Assembly (NCBI GenBank): GCA_038496445.1
Contig: JALMLS010000538.1
Location: 62,001 to 126,000, forward strand
DNA from: Trichosphaerium sp. ATCC 40318
Lineage: Eukaryota > Protista > Tubulinea
DNA: 64,000 nt
Direction: 5' to 3'
Shown: positions 23,385 to 36,745 of the stretch, piece by piece
Position numbering within the stretch: the stretch's first letter is position 1
Layout: each line of letters opens with the position of its first letter
Made by a program: the position numbers and the translations under genes
The notes under the pieces: model-generated
Told to the model about the DNA's origin: nothing
The model's database searches: none
Seen by the model: only the letters and a program-made list of their open reading frames with translations

Positions 23385-25981
23385 ATGGTTAAATTCTTAC
23401 AGCTGCGTCAGTTTTGGTTACACTTTCGCAAACGTGCTGACAGGAGCTATAAGACAAGCCACCGTACGGGTTGTATTACTGTGTGACAGAATTAATAGAG
23501 CTAGGCGGCGGTAATGGATCAAATGGACAGTTTATATCAAATGTAAAAAGTATCCTTCGCTTTGTAGCTGGGTAGGCGTCAAAGAGCCTCTTATATCCGA
23601 AATGATAACAATCGCGTAGGTCAGTGGCTGTTGCGACACTTTTAGTTGTGCCTTCGTTTCTTGGCAATAAAGCACTCACAAACAACTACAAGAACGGAGT
23701 AGACAAGAATTTCTGCCAGTACAAATCGTTAACTCCTGTTTTACCAAAAGACCATCCTTTCGACCTTGAAGCCATCGATAAGTACTCAAATGAAATCGGT
23801 GATAAGCCCTCAAGCGACTGGGCAGTATCTACATGCACAGGTGAGGTTCATTTTGAAGAAACTTTTGCGCTTAAACTGAGAATCGCTTAGCCATCGCACT
23901 TGGACTTAACTGGCTCACTTTCAGCATGTGGCAAATACCTTCTATAAAAACCATTCTATTAACAAGTTCACGTACAATATCAAGAGTAGTTGGAAGAGTT
24001 GGTCATAATATACTACCACTTTTATGCGCTCCATTATCTGGACCGCGATTGGGTCATTTTTGTGTCAACATGGCATTATTAGTGTACTTAAGCAATTCTT
24101 TGATGCAGCAAGTGAGGTACAGTAAATTATCATCTTCTTGTTTACGTTAAGTGTTGCTAACGTTAGCGTTATAGTGTTGCAGAGTTTTGCAGTCTGTACT
24201 TAACAGGCGCAGCAGCTGGAACTCTTGGAAGTCTTGTTTTTCTTCGTGGAGCTGGGTAAGTTGTTATTTTCTGGATTTGTTGTAGTTTGTTTGTTGAGTA
24301 TACTCTTAGAACTCTTGCAGCTGGTCCCGAAGCTAGTATTGTAGCTTTAGCAATGGCTAATATAGTATTTAAATATAGTGAGCCTGTAATAGGAAAACGA
24401 ACGGACTTGTTTATGTTTGAGGTAAATTCTCACATTCTTCTAGTTTGAAAAATTTCTAAACATTTGTTTGTAGCATTGGATACTTGGCGTATCCATTATG
24501 GCCCTTGCAGGAATAGGATTGCGTAGGCGCTGGAGTCATTTTGACTATGCAAAGATTTTTTTCGGTGGTCAAGGTGGACGTAAGAAAACAAACAGTCTTT
24601 TTCGTACTAATTTGTATTTTTTTCAAAATAGTACTATGGGCATATACGTTTGGACTGCTAATAGGTTCAGGAGATATTACTCGTAGAATATCTCCAAAAC
24701 AAGTTTATCACGGTGAGGCGAGCTTTTTTCAGCCTCATGGTTACGGTACTGTACGTTAGCCAGAAAACATACAAAGCGATAACTAATTTTTTTAGCTCTG
24801 GAACTTGGATTCAACACATGCCATCAAAGGTGAATTCTTAGCAGGTGCTGCACATGGAAATTGTCACGTGATTCTACCCGGTATTGGGCGCGGTACGTAG
24901 GACTATAACCTTGTTATTGTATGAGGATGAGCTAGCTAACTTTGTAAATTTTTTTAGAAGACGCATTTGTGACTTGTTGTGATTATCGTCTTGGTGAACC
25001 TGCTGGAAGTGTATCCTATAAGTTTAAGACGCTAAAAGGTCAATTTCATGAGGGTAAGGCAACTGTACTTAACGAGCACATGGAAGGAAGAGGTAATTTT
25101 GGTTTTTTAAAATATCCAATGTGTAGATGCTTATAATACTATTTAGCAACATGGGCTTGTAGCAATGGCATTTTCTATGGTACTATTGACGTTTTTGACT
25201 AATTTTTACGAAATGTCATGTCATATGTGACATTCTCATTTTTTTCTTAATATAGGCAATGTCAAAGATGGTAAAAAACAGGTGCGACTTTAAAAGTAAA
25301 AGTTTAAATAAGTGATTTTATTATAAAGGGTGGTTTAATGTACAGCTCAGAAACTGAAATTGTGATTAAAAACCTTGAACATGGTAACATGCGTGTTAAG
25401 TTGAAGAGACCATATTATTTTTACGAAGGTATATCAACTTTTACTTTTAAAAGCTGAGCTTCTAACTCGGTATGTTAAGGTGTCACAGACTCAAAATATA
25501 GATACCATGGCGATGGGAAGCTTGTATTCTATAAAGAAGCTTCGCATGCTCCATTCGTACCAGGGCACTTGCAACAACAGTACCCGTCATTGCCAGAGAA
25601 ATTACCTTGGCTAGAGGTCGAAGGTATTTTTAGTTGGTTTTTTTTCGAGACTGAAACTGACGTACGCTTGAAGGTACCTGGAATGGTGGAAAATTTCTGA
25701 GAGGAACTCTTAAGCTTATATCAAAAAATGAAATTTGTCACGTGGAAAAAACAGATAATGGATTGGAAATAAGTGAGAAAGAAGAAGAAAAATTAAAAGC
25801 AAGAAACGAAATAGATTTAGAAGAAAAATCTAGTGTGGAGTATACCTTGGAAGATTTTTTCTTATTACGTCAAAAAGCACAACCTCAACGCTTGTGGCAT
25901 ATATTAAGTTGTGGTTATATACCTGACAGTGCTTTATTCAATACCTATGGTGATATCGTTGAGCCACAAGCAATTTTGTGA
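23385..25981 (+). CDS. rhomboid-like pseudoprotease with C-terminal MORN repeats and predicted mitochondrial presequence
   Basis: Arg-rich N-terminus MVKFLQLRQFWLHFRKR. Rhomboid-like TM motifs LGHFCVNMALL, FCSLYLTGAAAGTLGS, AGPEASIVAL and SHFDYAKIFFG. MORN-like YHGEASFFQPHGYG, GEFLAGAAHG, FYGNVKDGKKQG and YEG..RYHGDGKL. Confidence 0.7.
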
Positions 25982-26087
25982 AATAAAAACGTTTTTGTAC
26001 AAAACAGCTGCTTTATATTGAAATTACTGCCTCGAGCACTGTTGAGAATTGATTAAAAGTGCACAATGCTGGTTTGTTTATATTCAT

Positions 26088-27614
26088 TTATTTATTACTC
26101 GTTGTAAAAGTTTGAAAGTTTGTTACTATTGAAGATAATGACGGTGGTTGGAATAAACCAAAATTCTTTAAAATTAAAAGTGCATATTTTCTAATCATTT
26201 CGTCCTTGTGCCACTGTAAACAAATGATATTATCTTTAATATTTTCATCATCCATAAGCATTCTATGATAATCTAGAAAGAGTAAATGAGGCATGTAATA
26301 AAATACAAACAAATGCAGGGTGAAACCAAAAAGTGCATGTGATGATGCTTGTGCCATAAAAAAACGTGTACCAAAGAAACTGAGAGTAGCGAGTGAAAAA
26401 GCGCCCAATCTAACTATATCTATATACTTCGACTTTACAAGGTGATAATAAGGCTCAATAAAATTAAATTTTATCCCTTTCAGACGCTCAACAATCCTAA
26501 ACAATCTTAGCTTTAATGAAAAAAATTGAGCGTTCTGACATTAATAGTGCATTTCGTACAAAATGTAAAACATACCTAATCTTATGTGGCGTTTGTTTTT
26601 TTAAAAATGATTGTATGATAGATAACATTTTGTTTCTAGGCACATTTAAAGCGTCTAAAAACAAAATCAAAAAACTACTATCTTATTGAAAATATCTACT
26701 TACCATCATCTACAAGCCTAGCACATAGCACAGCTAAATTATAGCTAATGAGAGCTTCAAGCCTCGATGGAGCCGAGTTGGCAAGTTTTATAAGTACATC
26801 TAGACCTATTTGAGCAATTCTTGGTCTCGGTGCATCTAGAGAAAGATTGTAAGAAAAAAACAATACAAAGATGGCAGCCATACCATATCTTGAAAGGCAT
26901 TCTAGGCTTCCTATAATACTATGTATACTCATCTCCATGCTTATTTTTGGAGATTTAATTATTTTAAAGAGTCCTTCAGTTATTTTTGGACCAAGAGGAC
27001 CTTCTCTAATATCCTCTATTGTTATCCAAGAATTAATAAAAACGAAAATATAAAACAATGCTTGCTGTACTCAAGATAACCCCACAGAGCTCCAACACCA
27101 ACACCTGCCAGAGTTGATCCATATAACATATCTGTGTATATATTGAGAATACCTGCTTTCACCATATGCTCCTTCAATGTCTCTTTTGTTGAAAGTTAAG
27201 TCACAAGCTGTAACTCCAAAAAACAAAAATAAACTCTTACTATTTTCGGCATAATTCCAACACGCAGCTGCAGCTAATCCAGATATTGATTCATCCTTTA
27301 CAGTCTCTGTTATATGAACTAGAGCATCAACACCACCAATAGTGTACCAGTAGTTTTTGTTGGCAACTGTCAAACGAATAAGTTAAAAAAACGCCTAAAC
27401 AAGCTCTCTTATGTATTGTACCTATTTGTGGCCTTAGCCAAGGTAGAAATATACTGTACGCCAGATCACCAAGTACTTTAACTTGTTCAGCTTCACTACC
27501 ATGTTGTATTTTATGTAATAAGCCTTCTAGAATCTCTTTCTCTGGTTTTACGTTATTTTTTGCCTTTTGGAAGGTACTGTATGCGTCATCACGTAGAAAA
27601 AGCATACGCGCCAT
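26088..27614 (-). CDS. armadillo-repeat protein, ZER1/ZYG-11-like ARM region
   Basis: GGVDALVHI..AAAACWNYAEN, ISYNLAVLCARLVDDG and IKFNFIEPYYHLVKS..RLGAFSLATLS resemble, from recall, the ZER1 C-terminal ARM motifs. Confidence 0.6.
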
Positions 27615-27731
27615 AAATAACGCACGTATGGGTGGAATACGGCGCTTCAAGAAAAAAAGGGTTAAGTTGGTGTTGCCTGCTTAAAACAGCTTGGCGTGTG
27701 ACGTTTACAGCGTCTGGTGTATGTCCATTAT

Positions 27732-30470
27732 ATGGCGAACCTTGCAAAGTTTATATGGCGTAGACGAAGAAGATGCGTACTGGCGAAAACAGGCATGTTA
27801 CTTTATGATTAACGAGTTTTAAACTGAAATTGCAGTCAAACGTACCCGCTACGCCACAGAATTGGTCTCAACCAACTGTTGAACGCAAACAGCCTCAAAC
27901 GCCGACACAGACATACACAGTGCCCAAACCACCTGCAATACCATATAAACCACCCGTATGATTGTCTTACGCTATATTAATGTAACACCTGTAAGGAGCC
28001 ACCTCGAAATTACACAGACTGGTCGCTAGTACTCCGTTTCATCAAGAAACGCGATTTTCAGGAAGCTGAGAAGGAAATGAAGCGAGAAGAAAAATACAAA
28101 CAAAAGCTTGAAGTAAACCGCTTAAAAATCATCACAAAATAATATAAATAGGCTCAAGAAGGAATATATGGTGACGTTCAACTAAGGATAGTTTCTGTCA
28201 TTAAGATGAGGTTTTTCGAGCTCATAAAAGATCAACAACACGAAGAGGCTAACAAGTACGTACTCATACCAGCAAATAGAAAAATCAGGTGTCACAGTCG
28301 GAGATAAATACTTTTTACGAACAAAAAATCAGTTGAAAAACTTTTTGTACTAGGCTTGGCATTCTGTACAAAGAATGTGGTGGAAAGACTACAGAAGTAC
28401 TAGAATATATGTGTAATATATCCAAGACTGTCTTACAACGACAGCACGAGGAAACACATGTACATTTACTTGAAACTTTGGGTACGAAACGAAAAAAGTA
28501 CTTTCCGCCCAAAGATCCTTTGTGACACGTGTTTTTAGGCCTCAGACCTGTTAGTGGTGTGAAACAGACAATGTCTTGTCCTGATGCTATTGCTACTATA
28601 TTAAGTGGCGCAATTACTGCCATACATAATCATAGATATATTGCTGAAGTGTTCGATACACCTTCTTTTTTATTTTATATTGCATCACTTCAACAAATAA
28701 TTCAATTATCTGCGAAGAAATACCTTGATATTTTCAATAAACACTACTCCATAGAATCAACTGTGCGTATTATTAAATGACGCAGTATAGTTAAAATAAA
28801 CTTAGGCAGCTGCTATTAACGAAGGAACAGCTCAAATAGATGATCCAGCCAAGCTTATTGACAGATTAAACAAAATTGTACAAATCACAGAGTTTATTCA
28901 TCGATTCAGGCAGCGTATGCGCAAACAAATTGAGGTATGTTGATTGTACACTAGACATATGTTAATCTCTGTGTTAACACTAATTTAAAGCACCTGGTAA
29001 AAGAAGCAAAACGAAAGGGATACTACTTTTACGCCAAGCGTAACCCACCTCCAAAGGATGCTCCTAAAGAAAAATGTCTTGACATTGCTGTGTATATTAG
29101 TGAACCTACAGTAGTTTATAATGATACAAAAGATCTGTTACAAAACTATAAAGTAGTGGAAGGATTCTTTTTGCTTCAAAGTGTCAAAAAGGTGAGTGTA
29201 GTTTTTTTTTCTTGAAACTTGGGATGTACTTGTTTATTTTTTTTCTCATTTATTTCTTAGTTACTGCGGGCAAAGAATCACCTTGGAGAAGATGACAAAA
29301 CTTCACCTGCTATTGATAATATATTTTTAATACTTCTATCTTGTGGTCAAAGATCATTCAAGAGTTTTGATGTTGAAGTCGCTAAGCACATGCTTAAAAT
29401 GTTAATACACTTTACAGGAAACAGTTTTAGACAAGTAAGATTTTTTACGCCTTAAACCATTACCGTCACTTAATACTCCTCTTAAGGCACTAGAAAAAAG
29501 ATGCATTGAAAACATTCCATCAACTTTTAAGACTAAAACTAATCAGAACGAATATGCTGTACGTTTTCAGGGTAGTTAGAGTGTAACTCTAAAGCTTATT
29601 GTAGATTTATTTTAACAATGCTGAAAAGTGTGCAAATCACCTTACTAAGCTACAAGCCAAGTTCGAAAAGGACATAAAGACCAATAAAGTATACTCAGCC
29701 AAAGAAAAGCAAGAAATTCTGGATGTAGCTGCTGGCTTTGCAAAGTCTGCAGCATCCGTAAAATCATCTCTAAAGGTACAAAACACTCATATAAGCTGCC
29801 TTCAGCTAATTTTGATTGAATCCTTAGAATGCAATTGCAAAGCTTACTGAAACTATTGTGCCTTACTTACAAGAACATTTGAAAGCGTTTGCACATGCTA
29901 ACTACGTCATTGATGACCAACAGTTTATGATGTACGAATTAAACGATCCGTTTGCCTTGGCACTTAAGAGAAAACTGCAAGTACTCTTAGGACCTTGTAA
30001 GGTAAAAAAACCGAACCACAAGCTTTATCTTATCACGCGTAGACACTAACCATCTACATTTTTGTTTAGAAATATTTTTTACATGAAACACTCCACGAGA
30101 TTTTATGCTCTATCGTGGTTTATATTACCAAAAGACTTGAAGCTATAATGTACCGTAAAAAGTTTTCTCTCTATGGCGCTATTCAGTTCGATAAGGACCT
30201 TAATATTCTAAGACACTTCTTTTCTATGTATGAAAGAGGATTTGGAGAACAATTCGCTCGCGTAGTACAGATTTGTACAATTTTAGGAGTATCAAGCGTA
30301 CGGAGTAATATGATTCTAACAGTAACCGCTTATACTGTTCTTAGATTATAGAAGTAAAACAACTGCTTTCACAAGGCGTCGCTAGGTGGCAATTGACACC
30401 AACTGAAATGAAAAGAATTCTATTGTGCCGTAACGAGTTTACTAACGCTATGGTACAAGCTTTAAAGTAG
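27732..30470 (+). CDS. COG4: COG4-like CATCHR tethering protein with Pro-rich N-terminus
   Basis: C-terminal KKFSLYGAIQFDKDLNILRHFF..EQFARVVQICTILG..WQLTPTEMKRILLCRNEF, plus YVIDDQQFMMYELNDPF, match the COG4 C-terminal domain. The N-terminal half is divergent. Confidence 0.75.
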
Positions 30471-30588
30471 TTCTTTGTATGACTGATGACACGTACACAA
30501 ACTTGTAAAATAATAAAAGAAGACTCGAAAAGACTTTTCGCTCACCGTGTTTTTTTTTTATTTTTGTTGAAACGATAGTCAGACATCG

Positions 30589-33500
30589 ATGAGTAGCGTC
30601 AAATCCTCTAGTACGGGACCTAATAAGTCCCGTAGAAAGAGCCAGCTGCTCACAAAAAGGAAACAGTTTAAAGATAAAGATGATGGGTCGTCCCAGATGG
30701 AACGAGATTACGAAGTACGCGCTTAGAGCCTTTTGCGTGACGTTTTTATCTCCAGATAACGCTAGCCATTGTTGACGCTTGTATAGGACTTACGGCAGAA
30801 GTATATGGACCTTATGGAAGAGAAAGGGCAATTGGAAGCGAAACTAAAAAAATCAAAGCATTACGCGAACAAATATCGCAAACAGCTTAAAGAACAAGGT
30901 TCATCCGCTACAGCGGCTGTAGATTTGCATGTACAGCAACATGAACTCGAAACAAAAGTAGAAGAGTTGCAATACGAGCTAGAGAAGGAATCTGCTGCAC
31001 ACAGGGTAGAATTGGAGAAACAGACAAAGGAAGTGGAAGAACTTACAAAAAAAATATCGAAACTATCTGAAACGGTAAGAAAACACATCAAAAGTATCTA
31101 TAAATACGCTACAGTTTTATTTGGTAACGTTAACGCTTTTTTTAAACAAAAAACATAAAAATACGCCAGTACACAATTATTTTATATTTCCATACGCCAT
31201 CAAACGCTATTTCCAATACTCAGATGAAAGAAAAAACAACCAAAAAATTTGTGCAAAAAAAAAAAAGGACTGACGTCGTTTCAACTTTGTAGGAAGCTCA
31301 ACTTGCCTCAGTGAATGATAAACTTGAATCTTTTAATAAACGTGTTACTACAAAGGATCAAGAGATTGGTAGGCTACAAGCTGAGTTAAAGGTACGCTTG
31401 ACAAAATAAAAAAAAGCAAAAAGCAAAAATGTTTTTTGCACATGTTTGATCAGAGAATTACACTTTTACTGCAGAGTTCTTACGTTCTTCTATAGACTGA
31501 AAAGACAAAAATTGATGAACATAGAAGAGAGGTTGAACGTTTAAATACAGAGATAGAAGAGAAATCACAGGAAGTGCGCAAATGGAAACGACGTAAGTTT
31601 ATTTCTTTGAAACTTTTTTTTTTGTTTCGTGTGCACACTCCTGTTGATACATTTTCATAGAGGCTGATAAGTCTGCATCACAAACAAACTTGAGATCTAG
31701 TCAACTAAGTAGTGAAAAGGAAAAACTAGATCAACAAATTGCAGAGCACCAAAAGACAATAGGAAACCTACAAGCTCGACTTGATGCTACTCAAAAAGAA
31801 CTCAAAGAGGTAAACACTCTTAAAAAGCGATAGCTTTTCGTTGAACCCGCTGTGATAACACTGTGCTTTTTTAGGTTGTCAGAGACAAAGAAGAGGACTT
31901 AAAGGAAGTAGCTGCCAGAGCAAAGAGCTTAGAAGGAAATATAAATGAACTTAAAGAAAAATTACGTAAAGCTGAAGACCAAGTAAAAGACAAAGGCACG
32001 TGATACCTTTACTTTTGCTTGTATCATTTAACAACGTCCATCGTATTGTTATTACCACGAACTGCAACTTTTTTTGTGCCTGGTCCTGGACTATAGTTCG
32101 TAGCTCATGCAGTGTTACTTCGATGATTTGTTAACAAAGTTTTTTTTAGATTCAAAATTGGCTGTTTTTAAAGTCGAAAAAGAAGTCCTTCAGGAAAAGA
32201 TTAAGCATAATGAAACACAAGTTACAGTAAAGGCAGATGGTCTTAAACAAGCAAAAGAAAAAATAGAATTACTAAAGGCCTCAATAAAAGCAAAGGATGA
32301 AGAGGCCTTAAAGAAGCAAGAATCTGTAACTAAGACATTAGAGAATATAAAGGTTAAAATGGGAAAAGCACTTGAAGTTCACCAAGAAGAGAAGAAAAAA
32401 CTGGAAGCACAGTTAAAAACAAGCGAAGCTAATTATCAACAATTATCCGCTAGGTTATCAGCAAGAGATGAACAGAAACAATCCCTAGTTGAGGCAGAAA
32501 GGTAGTGGAGAAAACGACCAGTTTTTTTTTTTCTCTTGTTTTTTTGACACTTCATTTAGCGCTGCAGTTGATGCCAAAGCTGAGTTGGAAGTTATGAAAT
32601 CGAAGCTACAAGATACAAATGTTAAGTTATCAACACTTGAAGCTGAGATTAAACAAGTCAAAGAAGAAAATGAGATATTAGTTAAAGAAAAAGATGAACT
32701 CTCTAAAGGTCATAAAGCCAATATTGAAACTGTTCAACAAAAGTTAATAGAGCACTCTGATAGTGTAACGTACGCTATATAAATCCACTCAATTCCTTAT
32801 CTTCTTACAACCATGCTAGAAAAATGTCAGAACACGTGCGATCAAAAGACAGCATCATAAAACAGCACGAAGTTACTATTGCGTACGGGGAATAAGCTCT
32901 TCTGTTTTTTATCATTTCTTTTGATGTGACCGTGTTGACTTCATTATAGAGACTTGCGCGCAAGTGTCATGGTTTCAAAGAAGCATGAATCTGACGCAAA
33001 GAAGTATAAGCAAGAACTGGAGATATTAACGAAGGAATTACCGAAAATGCAGAGCGAGTGGACAACCGTTAAAGAACAGCTTGAACAAGAAGCTCAAACT
33101 GCTAAGACTGCTTTATCAGACGCCCAAAAAAGCTTTAACGAGGAACGGGATACTCTTATAGAAGAGAAAGAGAAAGTAAAAGCTGCTCTTGATGAAGCAT
33201 CAAAAGCTCATGAAGAAGAACTTAAAGTCCGTAGCAATCAGTTACAGGAGTTCGTGATTCAAAGCAAGAGCGCTCTAGCAGCAGCTGTTGAAGTACATAA
33301 AGCTGAGGCTGAGGGATTGAGCAAACAACTAGAAGAAGCAGAGAGCAAGAACAAAAAGCTGAGCGAAACTGCCGATGAAGCTACAGCTGTGAACAAAGAA
33401 CTCGAAGCAAAAGAACTCGAGATAAAGGCTTTAGAAGAAAAACTTGCAGAGGTGGAGTCCAAAAACAGTGAAGAGCTAGCAGAAGCTCATAGCAAGAATA

Positions 33501-36500
33501 AAGAGCTTACTGAGACCATTGATAAGACTGTTGCTACAAGCAAGGAAGAGCTCGAAGCTAAACAGCTTGAGATCAAGACTCTTCATGAAAAACTTGTTGA
33601 GGCTGAGATTAAGAGCCGTGAAGAGCTTGATAGAGTTAAAGCTTCTCATTTAGAAGAGTTGAGTCAAAAAGGAGAAGAAGGGACGCTGTGGGCCTCAAAG
33701 ATTACAGAGAAGGATGATGAGATTAAAGAACTTAGACAGAAGTTAGAATCTGATATAAAACGTAAGGAAGAAGAGATTTTATCGATGAAAGAAGAACATG
33801 AGAATGTCTTGGGTGAAACACAAAGAGAAAAGGAAGAATTTGAACGTAAAGTTGCTGAGAAGCATGCAGAGGTTGAAGCCTTGAGTAATACGTTTGAAGA
33901 GCATAAAAAGAAGAACGAGGAAGAGATTTCTCGTATACAGAGTGAACATGAAGTCGCTCTTGGTGGTAAGGAAACTGAAGGTGCTTCTTGGAAACAAAAA
34001 CTTGATGAAGTTGAAGAAGAGCTTCGCGCTCTAAAGGATGGTCATGGAGAGGCTTCAATTATCCTAGAATCAAAGGATAAAAAGATAAGAGAGCTTAATG
34101 AAATCCTAGAGAAAGAAAGAGCGGAACAATCAGCTCATGTATCTAGTATTATTGGTGACTTAGAGAAGTTGAGAGAACTTCATTCAAAGGAGAAATCTGC
34201 TCTTGAAGATAAGTGCAAGCTTAGAGATGATAAGATAGCTACACTTACAGCAGCTGTGGCTGCTTTGGAGCTTGCCGAGGTTACTAATGGTGAAGACAAT
34301 GAAAAGTATAATAGTGCTGTTAAGGTAGCTTAGCCTCATTTAAGTCGTTTTTATCAATTTGTTTATTCTTCTTTTAGGAATCTGATCGCTTGGCTGAGGC
34401 TTTGGAAGATGCAAAGACGAAGCACGCAAATATACTTGCAGCTAAGAATGAACATATTACTGCCCTTGATACCGAGATTTCTAAGAAGCAACAAGAGTAT
34501 GAAGAGCTTCAAATTGAATTTGAAGAAAGTCAGGCATCTGAAGCAGAAAAAACAAAACAAATAACTGATTCTGCATATGCCCAGAGCGTAGAGCTTAATG
34601 AGCGTTATGATGTTGTACGTTTTTTGATTATTTACTGTCACAGTGTCGTGTTCTTCAACGAACTCCTTATATGTGTTCGTTCTAATTTTTTCTTTTTTTG
34701 CAGTTGAAGGACGAGTTCGAGGCTTATAAGGAGAAGATGGAAACTACTAGTGCAGAAGAGATTGAGAATCTTCGTAAAGAGTTACAAGATAAAGAAGAAA
34801 TATTACAAGAACGTGATAGTGAATTAACTTTATTGAGATTTGAGGTAGTTTTTTTTTCCTGTTTTTATTTGCGCCGTTGTTGCTAATTGTTATGTACCAA
34901 GGTTTCTAAGAATGCCGAAAATAGTAATGCAAATAACCTTGAGAAGGAGGTAGAAAACAGAGATGCCGTTACAAGACTTGTATATGGTATAAAACCAGTA
35001 GATGGTACGGACAAGTTTTTCCACAGAAAAGTTGTGCTCTGTGAAAACAAAAAAGAATGCGACAACTTCTTTATTCTTGTTTTTTTCGTTTCTCTTACTC
35101 CCTTTCTTAGGTGGAAAAGAATTAGCTATATTTTTGGATAAAACATTTATTGCAGGAGATCCTTCATCAAGCTCTCTTCTAGCGCTCGTATTGATAGCTA
35201 TTGAGACATCTTACAAGGTAAACTTTTGTTTTCTTTTTTTTGATCCGGAAAAGGGGTTTTGTTGACAACGTCCCTTTGTTTAGAGAGAACAAGATAATTT
35301 ACAGAATTTGGCTTGGTGGTTTTCTTGGGGTTCACAATTATATGATAGACTATATGATTTGAATAGTGCTCATGGTAACCTCTTTTTTTTGTTTTGATTT
35401 CTTCCCTATTTAAGCCTTATTTTCTTTTAAGATGATATTGGTGATGTACCACCAAAAATTAAGAATAGTGGTCTCCAGTGTGGCGTTGAAACAATACCAG
35501 ACTTGCACCTTGAAGATTCGTACGTATAAATGTTAGGGGTGTTGAGAAAATCTTCCGCTTCTTTCTTGATGAAATCCAAAAAAAAAAAGAACATGCCATG
35601 AACCCTCAATTGATTTCTATTTAGATGGCCAACACATTCTGAACAAGCGTTTCAGTTCATGGCAGACCTTCATATGCACGTTTTGTGTATGTTTGCACAT
35701 ATTGTAGATTGTATAGGAGGTGTACGTAACTCTATAATTAAATTCTTACATTTATATTAATAACTTTTTTAGATGCTCTCTGATGCCAAGATTACAGAGG
35801 CAATACTAGGAGCTAATAGTTCTGTTATAACTACAAAAGATAGAAAACGTAAAACAAAAGCGTAAGTCTTCAAGCACCTCTGTTGTTTGAAATTTTTTTC
35901 GCTTAATGCATGTTTTTTAGGACATCTGAACCAGGAGTCAGAGACTCCCTTGCAGTATTGAATAAAGTCCTAAAGATATTAGACTCTACGAATATGCCAA
36001 GAACTGCTAGGAATCAAATTATATTCCAATCACTATATAGAATAGATGTTGACTTATTCACACAACTATACAAGGTAACAAACACAAAAACAAAAAAAAA
36101 AAAATTACTTGACTTCTGATGACCTTCTTTTTCTTCTTGTAGAGACCTAAACTTGTTAAACCTGGAACTGGATTTGCCATAAAGATGGCAATGTCACAAT
36201 TAGAGGCTTGGGGATCTACCCGGATTAAGGAACAGAAACACATTATAAGGCATGAATTTTTGGTTTTTTCTGGTGTTAATTTTTTTTTTAAGGGATGTGT
36301 TTTTGTATGGTCCTGAAGCCGCTAATGCTTTAGTTATTGCAAAAAGCATGTTTTTAGATAGACAGTTTATACAAGATGCGTTCAAGACGCTTAATAGCTC
36401 TCATATTTATGAGCTGTTGAAGGTGAGAGTTTGTTGATAAAAAATGTGTTGTTTTCGTGGGGTTTTTTTTGATTTTTTTTAGTACTTTTCTCCAGATGAG

Positions 36501-36629
36501 TATAGCCCAGAGAAGATAAGTAAGGATATATTGAACGTATTAAAATTGAGTGAAGTAAAAGATAAGAGTAAATTCTCATTACCAAACGCACAAAAGTTGA
36601 TGCTACTGTACAAAGATACACAAATATAA
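30589..36629 (+). CDS. long coiled-coil protein with C-terminal DIL (dilute) domain and no motor head
   Basis: About 1000 aa of E/K-rich heptads, then QIIFQSLYRIDVDLFTQL..GFAIKMAMSQLEAW..EAANALVI..LNSSHIYELLK.FSPDEY, the DIL consensus. Confidence 0.8.
33331..33630 (+). repeat. diverged ~150-bp coding tandem duplication (2 copies)
   Basis: EAESKNKKLSETADEATAVNKELEAKELEIKALEEKLAEVESKNSEEL versus EAHSKNKELTETIDKTVATSKEELEAKQLEIKTLHEKLVEAEIKSREEL. Confidence 0.7.
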
Positions 36630-36745
36630 AAATCACCTCAAAAAAAAAAAAAAAAAACTGTAAATAAAAAAAGAGAAAACAAACTCACTTGCAAATGCAA
36701 TTACACAAAACAAAGATCACGTGAAAGACAACAAAAGGGATTACT

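Noticed and set aside
33259-34641. Several Ser/Phe/Leu-rich minus-strand ORFs
   Set aside because: Antisense shadows of the E/K-rich coiled-coil exons.
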